In this document: positions 38,001 through 45,700 of the stretch, piece after piece
Numbering within the stretch: the stretch's first letter is position 1
How the letters are laid out: each line of letters opens with the position of its first letter
Source: a virus
Reading direction: 5' to 3' (one strand)
Length of the DNA stretch: 64,000 nt
IMG/VR virus record: IMGVR_UViG_3300027749_000055
Coordinates: 32,001 to 96,000 of that record
Made by a program: the position numbers and the translations under genes
Notes under the pieces: model-generated
Databases searched by the model: none
What the model saw: the letters and a program-made list of their open reading frames with translations, nothing else
Told to the model about the DNA's origin: nothing

Positions 38001-38696
38001 GACGGCGAGGGCTTGAAACGCCTCAATCAACTTGCACAAGTTTTGGTAGAGGTTGATGAACTTTTCTTCCATTCCCACAGATTCAAAGAAGTGGCTGAGG
38101 GTAATGATTTTGCAAAGGGTGAACTGCAAGGATTCTTCGTCTACGCCTCGGTTCCAAAGTTCCGCTACAAACTCCGGCGAAGGGGTGCGAGGACGGAAAT
38201 TACACAAAGCGTGGTCAATGCCCACAATGCGCCCGTCGGAGGTAAAGATGACGTTCTTGGGTCGGCGGTCAGAGTTGGCGGTCAGGTAGTCAAAAAGACG
38301 CAGAGCGGTTCCCTGAGCGTTGTCGGGAATCTCCTTGTCTGCGTTTTTACCAGACTCGCCTTCAATGTAAGGCATAATCACCGTTGTAGCGTCCATAGAG
38401 GTAAAGAAGCAGTCTCGGACAGGTGCGTTCATTGCTTCGCCTACACGGGCAGCCAACCACTCCTGCGTGGCAAGGAGTGGTGCGGGGTAGAAGCGACCCG
38501 TCTTATTACCAACCCAATCCTTCAGGACTTTCTCCACGCCGCCAGAGCCGTCGGCAAAAATGACGAATTGGAAACCGTTATTTTGCTTACCCCCGAAGGT
38601 TCCCTCTAGGGGGTTGCGTCGAACTATGTTTGTATTGGTAAATGTAACAAAATTAGGCTGGAAAGTGCCGTCCACGGCTAACCCCGATTCAGCCAC
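35028..38696 (-). CDS. Polyvalent multi-enzyme protein: PI3/4-kinase(HipA)-like + ADP-ribosyltransferase-like + GNAT + ADP-ribosyltransferase
   Basis: FDYLTANSDRRPKN...GIDH (kinase); FWHGS...GVHVG...YYVNEGEG (H-type ART-like); RGQGIARKM (GNAT); LYRGM...LSSFS...EREIV (R-S-E ART); modules separated by three KGGPGSGR motifs. Confidence 0.75.
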   Translation of the reverse strand: MAESGLAVDGTFQPNFVTFTNTNIVRRNPLEGTFGGKQNNGFQFVIFADGSGGVEKVLKDWVGNKTGRFYPAPLLATQEWLAARVGEAMNAPVRDCFFTSMDATTVIMPYIEGESGKNADKEIPDNAQGTALRLFDYLTANSDRRPKNVIFTSDGRIVGIDHALCNFRPRTPSPEFVAELWNRGVDEESLQFTLCKIITLSHFFESVGMEEKFINLYQNLCKLIEAFQALAVVEKSDTFSPPQGVQDAGKKALEWLKDGKAGSGFTPVGRKRASDLARGTSVSETTIRRMKAYFDRHQGDKDSPHWNEPSPGKVAWYAWGGDAGYSWAKKVVAQLDKVEKGGPGSGRHKENGAKRYGKFLGGLWGELTYALPEMITTPDGESHAVFWHGSPNGKIGLKQASYGVHVGGYKAAKDALEARIGRRADGKDWDGTEEYGKTLIVSTGAGYGAEDDWAQIPHYPADHQGEAVYSDGTPIAMDSKPDITPVIITGSMKNSVWSPVGDDQANSRMRGQITRNNAKNGYYYVNEGEGTYSDENHSLVYDLSAVVPNANYITVLDDSKIADVAKIAARSKDGDLTASELREEAKREQENGNETEASRLYYLAIVAQFEEDQAKEVKKNSQNVSKSLQAAQTAEQRAWDLRRKEKWDSAAFAHESAARLYSTAAKQAQGSEKTQLEAKAESNRQEAKQSRFTADQGEGHSPVEIGKGGPGSGRKPEGNQWTKTGEGERTFTDENGNEYKITADEGLLSDGKYGNDDRIGMEVRNKDGVIIGQAKAHYDWGDKNIAGPVVKIWHIQTDEKVRGQGIARKMVDAMRNQIKMMGDKPLILHGGFASQAGKNFAESLDPKYNRVMGFEDTVWRKPNKVFITKSTSNPDYTKLISVRKGGPGSGRHRESLGKIDPHVDSYDAMVPLVDKLGVAIEGEDFDRDSMEPEDSEQVAPELKQKVAENIAARMGDKWADRLATACPRFYLLEQGFIAGDFDVVPQVYFDHDSLYTFRSIGDEGFEAPYLLKESDADQAVENGTEVVHGDDPRIKQRLAELGASALVSLWAIGSNETTKNLAIQKAAAEEFGLKETAEWQGEDGNKVDDEYSKNGDLYRAFLRAQYDETQGYLAKNGITQVPLYRGMEFFEDEFNEITGAGGFPEIATRPLSSFSYDSIVAQKFADGTFSTQGSDYKGMVLSGVAPASRVFSCAETGLGCYSEREIVLLGGRDKWNYETVAE

Positions 38697-39013
38697 TCGT
38701 CAAATGAGGTCACAGTCGGTTCGGTGGTGGTGGTGGTGGTGCTGGGTTGCCACGGCGAAGTCAGCGGGGCGAGACAGGTTGAGCAGGATTTTGCCACGGC
38801 GTTTGTCGCAAACTTACGCTTGCCGTTGGCGGTCTTCTCAATGTCCGTCGGGGCGACACGGGAGAGATTTTGGTGTCCGTTGGGGCACTTGGTAGTGAAA
38901 AGTAGGGCGTCAGGGGCGGTGTAGTTCAGCCCACGGTATTCACCCTTGTAAAACTCTTGATAAACGCCACCCTTGCCCAGAAGCGACGCACTCGTAAAGT
39001 CGTTTGCTTCCAT
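38678..39013 (-). CDS. Small Zn-ribbon protein
   Basis: Likely start MEANDF at 39013; CPNGH...CSTC. Confidence 0.6.
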   Translation of the reverse strand: MEANDFTSASLLGKGGVYQEFYKGEYRGLNYTAPDALLFTTKCPNGHQNLSRVAPTDIEKTANGKRKFATNAVAKSCSTCLAPLTSPWQPSTTTTTTEPTVTSFDEWLNRG

Positions 39014-39246
39014 TATTGAGCGTCCTCGCTTTGCCAATTTTCTTCGGAACTGTCGTCTAGGTCGGAATTGGAAGTGAAAACCGAGGTTACGGTTCCCTCG
39101 CCCAACCAGCCCCATTCTTGCGAACCGTCGGGAGTATCGTCCCAAGTGGGGCGACCCATAAACGCAGGCATTTTCCCACGCTTGTCCTCTTTGGCAACGT
39201 CAAGTTGGTATGCGGCAAGCACCCACTCGTAAATTTCGTTGCTCAT
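39013..39246 (-). CDS. Small acidic hypothetical protein
   Basis: MSNEIYEW...; coupled to the next gene. Confidence 0.5.
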   Translation of the reverse strand: MSNEIYEWVLAAYQLDVAKEDKRGKMPAFMGRPTWDDTPDGSQEWGWLGEGTVTSVFTSNSDLDDSSEENWQSEDAQ

Positions 39247-39308
39247 CAGAACTCCCACGGACTAGAACTACAGCCCCAATCTACCTTACGGTTGAAGGGA
39301 AACTGTGT

Positions 39309-41024
39309 TTAGCCGTAAACAACGTCGCCGTAGAAGACGAGTTGCCAGAAAGCGTCGTTTCCGATTGCGTCGGTGTCGTCCAGCGCACCAAGTCGTCCGG
39401 CATACTTATCGTTGTATGCAGAGTAGGCACGGGCAATGTCGCTCATATTGGCAGTCTTGACTGCTGAGTGGTCGCCGTCGTCTCCCTTTTCGGGGTCGTC
39501 GCACTTCGCCGTGAACGTAACCTTCGACCAATCATCAGTCGGGCTGGGCTTGCCGTCTTCTCCAAGGACATTTTCTTGGGATTCGTAACCAACGGTTCCG
39601 GTGTCCTTGCCGTTCGAAATCTTGATTTCGCCAAACCAACTGCCCCAATACGACATATTGCTGCACACTCCGTCGAGCAACTCACGGGCGTTCACGGGGG
39701 TTGGAATAGTCATCTTGTCGCCATTGAAGGCGGGGGCGGCTTGACCCATTTGGCTGCTGATACTCGGACTAGCCGTTTCGAGTTCCGCTAGGTCAAGACC
39801 TTCTTCGTCCGCAACAATCTTGATTGCGTCGTTGATTGCGTCCGACAACTTCCCAGACGATTCAAGAAGAGACATACCGTTGTCGTCGCCCAAATATTCG
39901 TGGTCTGAGTCAGTGAGGGCGTAGTAAGGCCAATAATCAGGCATTTGCTCGTCCTGCAAGGCGGACAACTTTTCGTCAGTGTCGAAACCGGCGGCAATCA
40001 GTTCTTCGCCGTCTTGGGCTGCGCTGCCATTGGGAAGGGGTTGATACAGTTCGTGTTCACTGCTAACCAAGTATTTTCTACCTGACGGGGCGGTAATGGT
40101 AGCCATTGTTGCGCCCGCAGGTTGAAACTCTGCCCACTGACGGTCAGGGTTTACGTCTTCGTTTATCTTCAACTTCATTCCCTTGGGGAGAGAAAATGAA
40201 GAAGCGTCTAGCGTTGCGCCCTCAGGCTTACGACCCGAACCAGGCCCGCCCTTGCGAACCTTAGACTTGGCATACTCCGAAGGAACGTTACCTTCCCATT
40301 GTTCCGGCATTTCACTAGGGTCTGCCTTGACGAGTGACGCAATTGCCCTGTCGGTGGTTGCGTTTGCTTCCTCAGCGTTGGAAATAGCGTCGCCGTGGTC
40401 GTTTAGTGCGCCTTCTTCGTCGCCACCCTCGAACTTTTGAACGGCGGAGTTGGCGAGTTGTGAAGCCAGCGAGTGCAACTCGGCAGCCTGACCAAAGAGA
40501 GCCGAGGCACTGTTGAGGTCACGACCTGCCTGACCATTGGTGACGAGCGACCGTTGGAACAGTTCATTCTCATTGCCCTTGCAAATGTCCGCAAGGCGGG
40601 CAGACTCGTCTGCCGCTTCCTTCAGTTCGTCGGTGTCTTGGGCGTATTGAATAGCGGTGGGCTGCATACTTGCCGACATTTGGATATCGCCCGTCGTGTA
40701 TGCGCTAGGACGACGACCCGAACCAGGCCCGCCCTTAGAGACTTCCTCGTCCGGCCAGACACCGTTCACCGGCAGAACGTAGTAGTCGTCGTAGTGGTGT
40801 TCGGAGTATTCGGGGTCGTCCTCGTCCGGCATTGGGTCGTTCTCGTAGATGTGACTCCAACCGTCCTCGAATGAGGGGAAAGTCTTGCCACCGAAAAGGG
40901 TGTTGTTAGCCCAATCCTTGATGTGGAAAAGGGTCTTGGTGCGACCACTGCCCGGCCCGCCCTTGGTGAGCGGGAACTCCGCCTCGTTTATGAGGTTATC
41001 GGTAGTAAAGGGGTTGTAGGTCAT
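39309..41024 (-). CDS. Modular putative internal head protein (3 KGGPGSGR motifs, acidic modules)
   Basis: 571 aa; motifs at 40964, 40736 and 40253. Confidence 0.7.
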   Translation of the reverse strand: MTYNPFTTDNLINEAEFPLTKGGPGSGRTKTLFHIKDWANNTLFGGKTFPSFEDGWSHIYENDPMPDEDDPEYSEHHYDDYYVLPVNGVWPDEEVSKGGPGSGRRPSAYTTGDIQMSASMQPTAIQYAQDTDELKEAADESARLADICKGNENELFQRSLVTNGQAGRDLNSASALFGQAAELHSLASQLANSAVQKFEGGDEEGALNDHGDAISNAEEANATTDRAIASLVKADPSEMPEQWEGNVPSEYAKSKVRKGGPGSGRKPEGATLDASSFSLPKGMKLKINEDVNPDRQWAEFQPAGATMATITAPSGRKYLVSSEHELYQPLPNGSAAQDGEELIAAGFDTDEKLSALQDEQMPDYWPYYALTDSDHEYLGDDNGMSLLESSGKLSDAINDAIKIVADEEGLDLAELETASPSISSQMGQAAPAFNGDKMTIPTPVNARELLDGVCSNMSYWGSWFGEIKISNGKDTGTVGYESQENVLGEDGKPSPTDDWSKVTFTAKCDDPEKGDDGDHSAVKTANMSDIARAYSAYNDKYAGRLGALDDTDAIGNDAFWQLVFYGDVVYG

Positions 41025-41033
41025 AATAAAATC

Positions 41034-41852
41034 CTATCTCACAATCTTCTTTAGTTCAGCCTTGATTTCCTTCGCCTTGTCTCCACGCCACGTCGAAGCG
41101 TTGGCGAGGAAGTAATTGACGATTGACTTTGCGGAGTCAAGTCCATACTTGTCCGTAACGTCGTTTAGGTCGCCCATAGCGTCGAGGTAGGGCTTTGCGC
41201 CAAAGAAAACCTTGGAACCCCAATCACGGCGAATTTCTGAAGCGATTTCACTGAGGGGGCGGTGTCCCGATTGGGTCATATTTCCAGCCTCAGCAGTGCG
41301 TCCCGAACCCGGCCCACCCTTTTTGACGGACATAGCGTCGAGTTGAGCAATGGCGGAGTCAAGAGCCTTACTCATATCCTTGGAAAAATCCACCCAACTT
41401 TGAGGGGTTTCGGGGTTATCAAGACGTTCTTGTGGCGAACCCCAACGCTTGTAGTCCTCGTTTATGTCGTAAAGAAAGCCTGACCATTCTTCGGGAGTCT
41501 CAATCTTGCTCACTCGCTTGTCGTTGAGATACATATCACGGTCAGAAACAATTTCGTCAAGTTCTTCGTGGTTAAAGTTTTCCTTCAGAACGTTAGCGAT
41601 AGCAACGTCCGTGGTTCCAAGGCTCTTTTCCCATTGGTTGCCACGGAACGGGTGTCCGCCCGCTTCGCCCTTTTGGAAACGCTCTGCCTTTTGGAAGAAC
41701 AGTTCAAGTTCGACAGGTGAAAAAAGTTCAGACACAGCAAACGTAGACTTGTGAACCTTCGCACCACGCCGAGGGCGAGGCTTGCGAGTAGTTGAGCGTG
41801 ACGACTTACGAGCCGCCTTTGCCATAAAGTCTTCTAAGCGTTCTTCGGACAC
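41034..41852 (-). CDS. Modular putative internal head protein (KGEAGGHPFRGNQW and KGGPGSGR motifs)
   Basis: 272 aa; two modules, each preceded by a Lys-Gly motif. Confidence 0.7.
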   Translation of the reverse strand: MSEERLEDFMAKAARKSSRSTTRKPRPRRGAKVHKSTFAVSELFSPVELELFFQKAERFQKGEAGGHPFRGNQWEKSLGTTDVAIANVLKENFNHEELDEIVSDRDMYLNDKRVSKIETPEEWSGFLYDINEDYKRWGSPQERLDNPETPQSWVDFSKDMSKALDSAIAQLDAMSVKKGGPGSGRTAEAGNMTQSGHRPLSEIASEIRRDWGSKVFFGAKPYLDAMGDLNDVTDKYGLDSAKSIVNYFLANASTWRGDKAKEIKAELKKIVR

Positions 41853-41884
41853 AGTTTTTGCCTTTCTAGCAGTGAAATACAGGA

Positions 41885-43096
41885 CTAGGCGGACATAAAG
41901 CCGGTGTCGCCCATAACCCGACTCGTTTCACCACGGGTGGGGCTGGTCGCTGCTTCAGCGGAAATTCCAGCCTTCTCACGGCAAACGCCAGCCAAGTGCT
42001 TCGCACCATACGCCATATTACGAGCGTCGGCAGCCTTTTCCTTCCACTGCTCACCAAGTGCAGCGTCAGCGTCCTTGTGACCCTTGGCAGCCCATTCGAG
42101 GTGAGTGCCACCGAAACCGTGGGCGTGACCCTGAGCCAACATAAGCAACTTCGACGCTTCGTCATACTTCTCAGCAGCCTGAGCGTAAGTGTCCTTGCTC
42201 TTGGTCTTGTCGGCTTCGCTACGCAACTTGTCGGCAGAACGGAGAGCCTCACGACCAGCCTTGAAATTAGCCTCGTAGCCAGCCCCGTAGTTCTTGTTAC
42301 GGGTCTTCCAGCCAACACGGACGGTCTTGCCCTCAGGAGTCTTCTCACGGGTGTTTACAAGTTCGCCTGTGTGCTGGTTGGCACGACCACCACCGTCGCC
42401 CTTGTGACGACCTGAGCGACCCTTCACGCCATACTTGGTGACGTTGATGTAGGACTGAAATCCCGCCGACTTTTGGAAGTCACGGGTAAGAAGCGAAGAA
42501 GTGCTGAACGACTTAGAAAAATCTTCGTCCTCGTCGTAGTAGGTGTCCTCAGCCTGTGCAGGGAAACGACCCATTTGGCTTTCGTGAACCAAACCGTCGT
42601 TCAAACCTGAGCAGCACGGGCACGACGAGTCGCCGTCACCGAAGCAAAGGGGGCACATAACCAAAACGGCTTCCTTGGCAAACTTCATTTCAATTCCTTT
42701 CGCTGCGGGCGCAGACTTAGTAATTTGGGGGGTTGATTCGCCCTTGGCAAAGTCACGCAGACCGCCAAGGATTTCCGAAGCCTTGGTGAACATTTCACCA
42801 GCCGCTTCGTGTGCCTTGTCTGCCTCACGGAAGCCAGCAAGTGCGTTGTTGTAAGCCTTCTTCAACTCGGTGGAGTTCCAAGCGTTCTTAGCCACCGCCT
42901 CGAAGTATGCGATTTCGGTAGCCTTCAGGTATTCCGTAGCCTTTTGGAGACGGAATGAGGTGTTTTCCAATTCGCCACGGGCGACCACTTCGTCACGGCT
43001 CGCTTTAGCAATTTGAGTGGCGGCGAGAACGGGGTCTGCTGAACCCTTCTGCACAAACGAGACAGTCTTGGGGGAACTGTTGGGAACCTGAATCAT
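41885..43096 (-). CDS. Modular putative internal head protein (variant KYGVKGRSGRH motif, CxxC/CxxC finger)
   Basis: 403 aa; Ala-rich helices; CPLCFGDGDSSCPCCSG; preceded by the TTCCAA-N9-TAGCAT promoter motif. Confidence 0.7.
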   Translation of the reverse strand: MIQVPNSSPKTVSFVQKGSADPVLAATQIAKASRDEVVARGELENTSFRLQKATEYLKATEIAYFEAVAKNAWNSTELKKAYNNALAGFREADKAHEAAGEMFTKASEILGGLRDFAKGESTPQITKSAPAAKGIEMKFAKEAVLVMCPLCFGDGDSSCPCCSGLNDGLVHESQMGRFPAQAEDTYYDEDEDFSKSFSTSSLLTRDFQKSAGFQSYINVTKYGVKGRSGRHKGDGGGRANQHTGELVNTREKTPEGKTVRVGWKTRNKNYGAGYEANFKAGREALRSADKLRSEADKTKSKDTYAQAAEKYDEASKLLMLAQGHAHGFGGTHLEWAAKGHKDADAALGEQWKEKAADARNMAYGAKHLAGVCREKAGISAEAATSPTRGETSRVMGDTGFMSA

Positions 43097-43155
43097 TGGA
43101 AAAATCCTTTCGGTTGTTCGTGAAAATGCTACACCGCACTTTGGAAAAAGGCGGT

Positions 43156-44316
43156 CTAGTTACCCTCTGCTTCGGAAGCGGCGTGTGAAGAGTCGGCTGC
43201 GCCGAATGAAGCACCGTCAGCGTCGTCGTGCAGGCTGTTCAAATACTCGTCTTCTTCGTCATCTGAGGTCTTCCACGCTCGACGGTGTGCCTCGGCTGCG
43301 TAGTGGTGCTCTTGAGCGGCTTCACGGTGCGCCTTGGCTACTTCCGGCTTGCCAGCAACGTCGGCGGTCTGAGCGAGGATTTCGTGTTCCTTGGCAAGAC
43401 CTTCGTGCTGTCGAGCGGCTTCGGCGGTGTAGGCGACCATTGTGTCGTCTGAGAGTTTGTCGGCTCGGTCAGCAATGTCCTTGGAAGCCTTCTTGGTGTA
43501 ATCAGCGTCCTTGCCGGAGTCCTTTTTACCACCGCTGGTCTTGGACGAATTGCCCTTCGAACCCTTTGGGTAACGACCCGAACCCTCACCGCCCTTGGTG
43601 ACGGAGGCTGAGGCTGACCGCATAGCGGCTGACTGCATAACGGGGGCTAGTGAGCGTGAAGCGATGGTTTGGATATAGTCGGCAACATTTTCGGCTGCGT
43701 ATCGCTTTGCGTTTTCCAAAGTAGGCCCGACGGGAGTGTGTTCGAAAAACTTGCTTGGCTTCCCAGCCTCACTGACGGTGAAATAACCGCTGACGTAACC
43801 ACGGGCGGGACGACCATTATCGCCAAGTGATTGCTGACTACGGTAGGTAATCGTCAAATCGTGACCAGCAACGGCAGCACCTTGGGAGTCGCCATTCTTC
43901 ATTTGGGTCAGTGAGCCAACAAAAAGTCGAATCGGGGTCATTTCGAGGATATTTGCACCCTCGGCGTGACGACCTGAACCCGCACCACCCTTGGCGACCA
44001 TATATTCACCGTTGTAGATAAGGGTGGACTTGTCGTTAGCGTCCATACCAGCACCAAACATTGCGCCAGCGGCTTCGAGCAGTTGGGCACGGTTGGCGGG
44101 GTTCACCTCGACGGCTCGAACAAGGTCATCACGGCAGGAAAAGAACTCCGCAGAAGCGGTCAGCATAAGGTTGCTCGCCTCACGGATTTCACCATTGGCG
44201 TAAGCGGCTTCGGCAAACTTCATCAACGACGCACCGAGTTCAGCCTTCTTCTGAGCGTTAGCAAGCACCGAGTTCAGGCTGGCTGCGCCGTGATTCTTAT
44301 TGACATTCTTCATCAT
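43156..44316 (-). CDS. Modular putative internal head protein (KGGAGSGRH, KGGEGSGRY)
   Basis: 386 aa; C-terminal His/Ala heptad module. Confidence 0.7.
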   Translation of the reverse strand: MMKNVNKNHGAASLNSVLANAQKKAELGASLMKFAEAAYANGEIREASNLMLTASAEFFSCRDDLVRAVEVNPANRAQLLEAAGAMFGAGMDANDKSTLIYNGEYMVAKGGAGSGRHAEGANILEMTPIRLFVGSLTQMKNGDSQGAAVAGHDLTITYRSQQSLGDNGRPARGYVSGYFTVSEAGKPSKFFEHTPVGPTLENAKRYAAENVADYIQTIASRSLAPVMQSAAMRSASASVTKGGEGSGRYPKGSKGNSSKTSGGKKDSGKDADYTKKASKDIADRADKLSDDTMVAYTAEAARQHEGLAKEHEILAQTADVAGKPEVAKAHREAAQEHHYAAEAHRRAWKTSDDEEDEYLNSLHDDADGASFGAADSSHAASEAEGN

Positions 44317-44322
44317 TTTTCC

Positions 44323-45237
44323 TTACGCTTGACCGTCACGACGGACGGCTTCTTCAAAGTCTTTGTCGGCACGGGCGGGAACGCCTCGAAGGTCGGCTGC
44401 CTTGGCACTGCGCTGAACCCACGACGGGTGAAGGGTGGAAACATCACGGAGTGAAGCCGCAAGTCCACCGTGGCGAAGGTTGGCAGAACCGTGTTCCTTG
44501 ATTGCTTTTTCCAAAGAAGGCAGGACTTCGGGCGATACTTTGTCTCGCATAGCCATAAGAGCCTTTTTCACGCCGACGTGTGCGGCGGCTACGTCACGGT
44601 GGTAGGCGTAAACCTCGTCCTCGTCACGCATATTGTGAGGCTTACCCAACTTGCTGTCCAAAAGAGTCTTGGCGTTCTTGTAGTTGTCGTAGCCGTGAGG
44701 GGTGCGACCAGAGCCAGGCCCACCTTTACGGAGAGCCGACTTGTGGGCGTATCCAAAGTAGCCACTCAGGTCAGCGACGGGAGGCTCGACGGTGGCGGGG
44801 GGTGCGGTGGGCATTTCACGCTCAATGAGGTCAATAAGGCTGTTGGTCACATCTGCGCTGTCTCGAAAGAGACGAGCGGTGTCGTAGTTGTCTACCATTG
44901 AGTGAAAGTATGCGTCGTTACGCATTTTGCTCACATCTTCACGCATTTCGGCAATGTGCTGGCTCAAAGGCTTCGAGTATGCCGCCTCAATGCGGTCTGC
45001 CATTGAGGTAGCAGTGCGACCAATTCGTGCATTTTGACGGCGAACCTGACCAATAATCGTGTCGCCGTATTCGGGCTTGTATCGGTTGCCGAGAACGTCG
45101 GTCTTGGGTCGCTTGCCGGTGCGGGGGGAGTCCCAATCGTTTGCCTTGGCTTCGGCGGCGATAGCACGAAGACGGGCAACCGCTTGTGCGTGTCGCCCAG
45201 AGCCAGGCCCGCCCTTAGTGAATTCGAACTTAGACAT
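44323..45237 (-). CDS. Modular putative internal head protein (2 KGGPGSGR motifs)
   Basis: Likely start MSKFEFTKGGPGSGRH at 45237. Confidence 0.7.
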   Translation of the reverse strand: MSKFEFTKGGPGSGRHAQAVARLRAIAAEAKANDWDSPRTGKRPKTDVLGNRYKPEYGDTIIGQVRRQNARIGRTATSMADRIEAAYSKPLSQHIAEMREDVSKMRNDAYFHSMVDNYDTARLFRDSADVTNSLIDLIEREMPTAPPATVEPPVADLSGYFGYAHKSALRKGGPGSGRTPHGYDNYKNAKTLLDSKLGKPHNMRDEDEVYAYHRDVAAAHVGVKKALMAMRDKVSPEVLPSLEKAIKEHGSANLRHGGLAASLRDVSTLHPSWVQRSAKAADLRGVPARADKDFEEAVRRDGQA

Positions 45238-45239
45238 AA

Positions 45240-45698
45240 TTATCCTTCCAAAGAAACAGAGAGTTGCCACGCCCACTTGGAGTGAGCGTCAATTCGGTCT
45301 GCCAAAAAGTTAGCAATGCCTTGCTCGTTGAGCGATGTTGCCATATCAAAAGCGTCCTTCAGGCTTTCCAAAACGCCTTCATTTGTGCGAAGAAGGTCGT
45401 CCACAAGGTTCTGGGCAGTGAAATCGTCTACGGGGCTGTTGTCCACCGAAGAAAAGGCGGTGAGCGCAGAAAACGTAAAGGGTGCAAAAACACCGACCTT
45501 GCGAATGTTCTCCGCTAAGGGGTCAATGCTGTCGTAAACGTCCTCGTAGATTTCCTCAAACTTGCTGTGCCACTGCGGGAAGTCACCACCGACCACGTTC
45601 CAATGGAAGCCGTGGACACGGTGATACATAATCGTCACATTGGCTAAGCAGGTGCTTAGCAAGTCCCCAAGGGGTGCGCTCTCCTTACGAATACGCAT
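45240..45698 (-). CDS. dps: Dps family ferritin-like protein
   Basis: HGFHWNVVGGDF.QWH.KFEEIY......D.LAE.IR...HSKWAWQL Dps signature. Confidence 0.92.
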   Translation of the reverse strand: MRIRKESAPLGDLLSTCLANVTIMYHRVHGFHWNVVGGDFPQWHSKFEEIYEDVYDSIDPLAENIRKVGVFAPFTFSALTAFSSVDNSPVDDFTAQNLVDDLLRTNEGVLESLKDAFDMATSLNEQGIANFLADRIDAHSKWAWQLSVSLEG

Positions 45699-45700
45699 TT

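Noticed and set aside
35028-38696. Intein or MuF domain explaining the large head-region protein
   Set aside because: No Hint motifs (N-terminal C, C-terminal HN) and no MuF HPNCRC-type motif were found.
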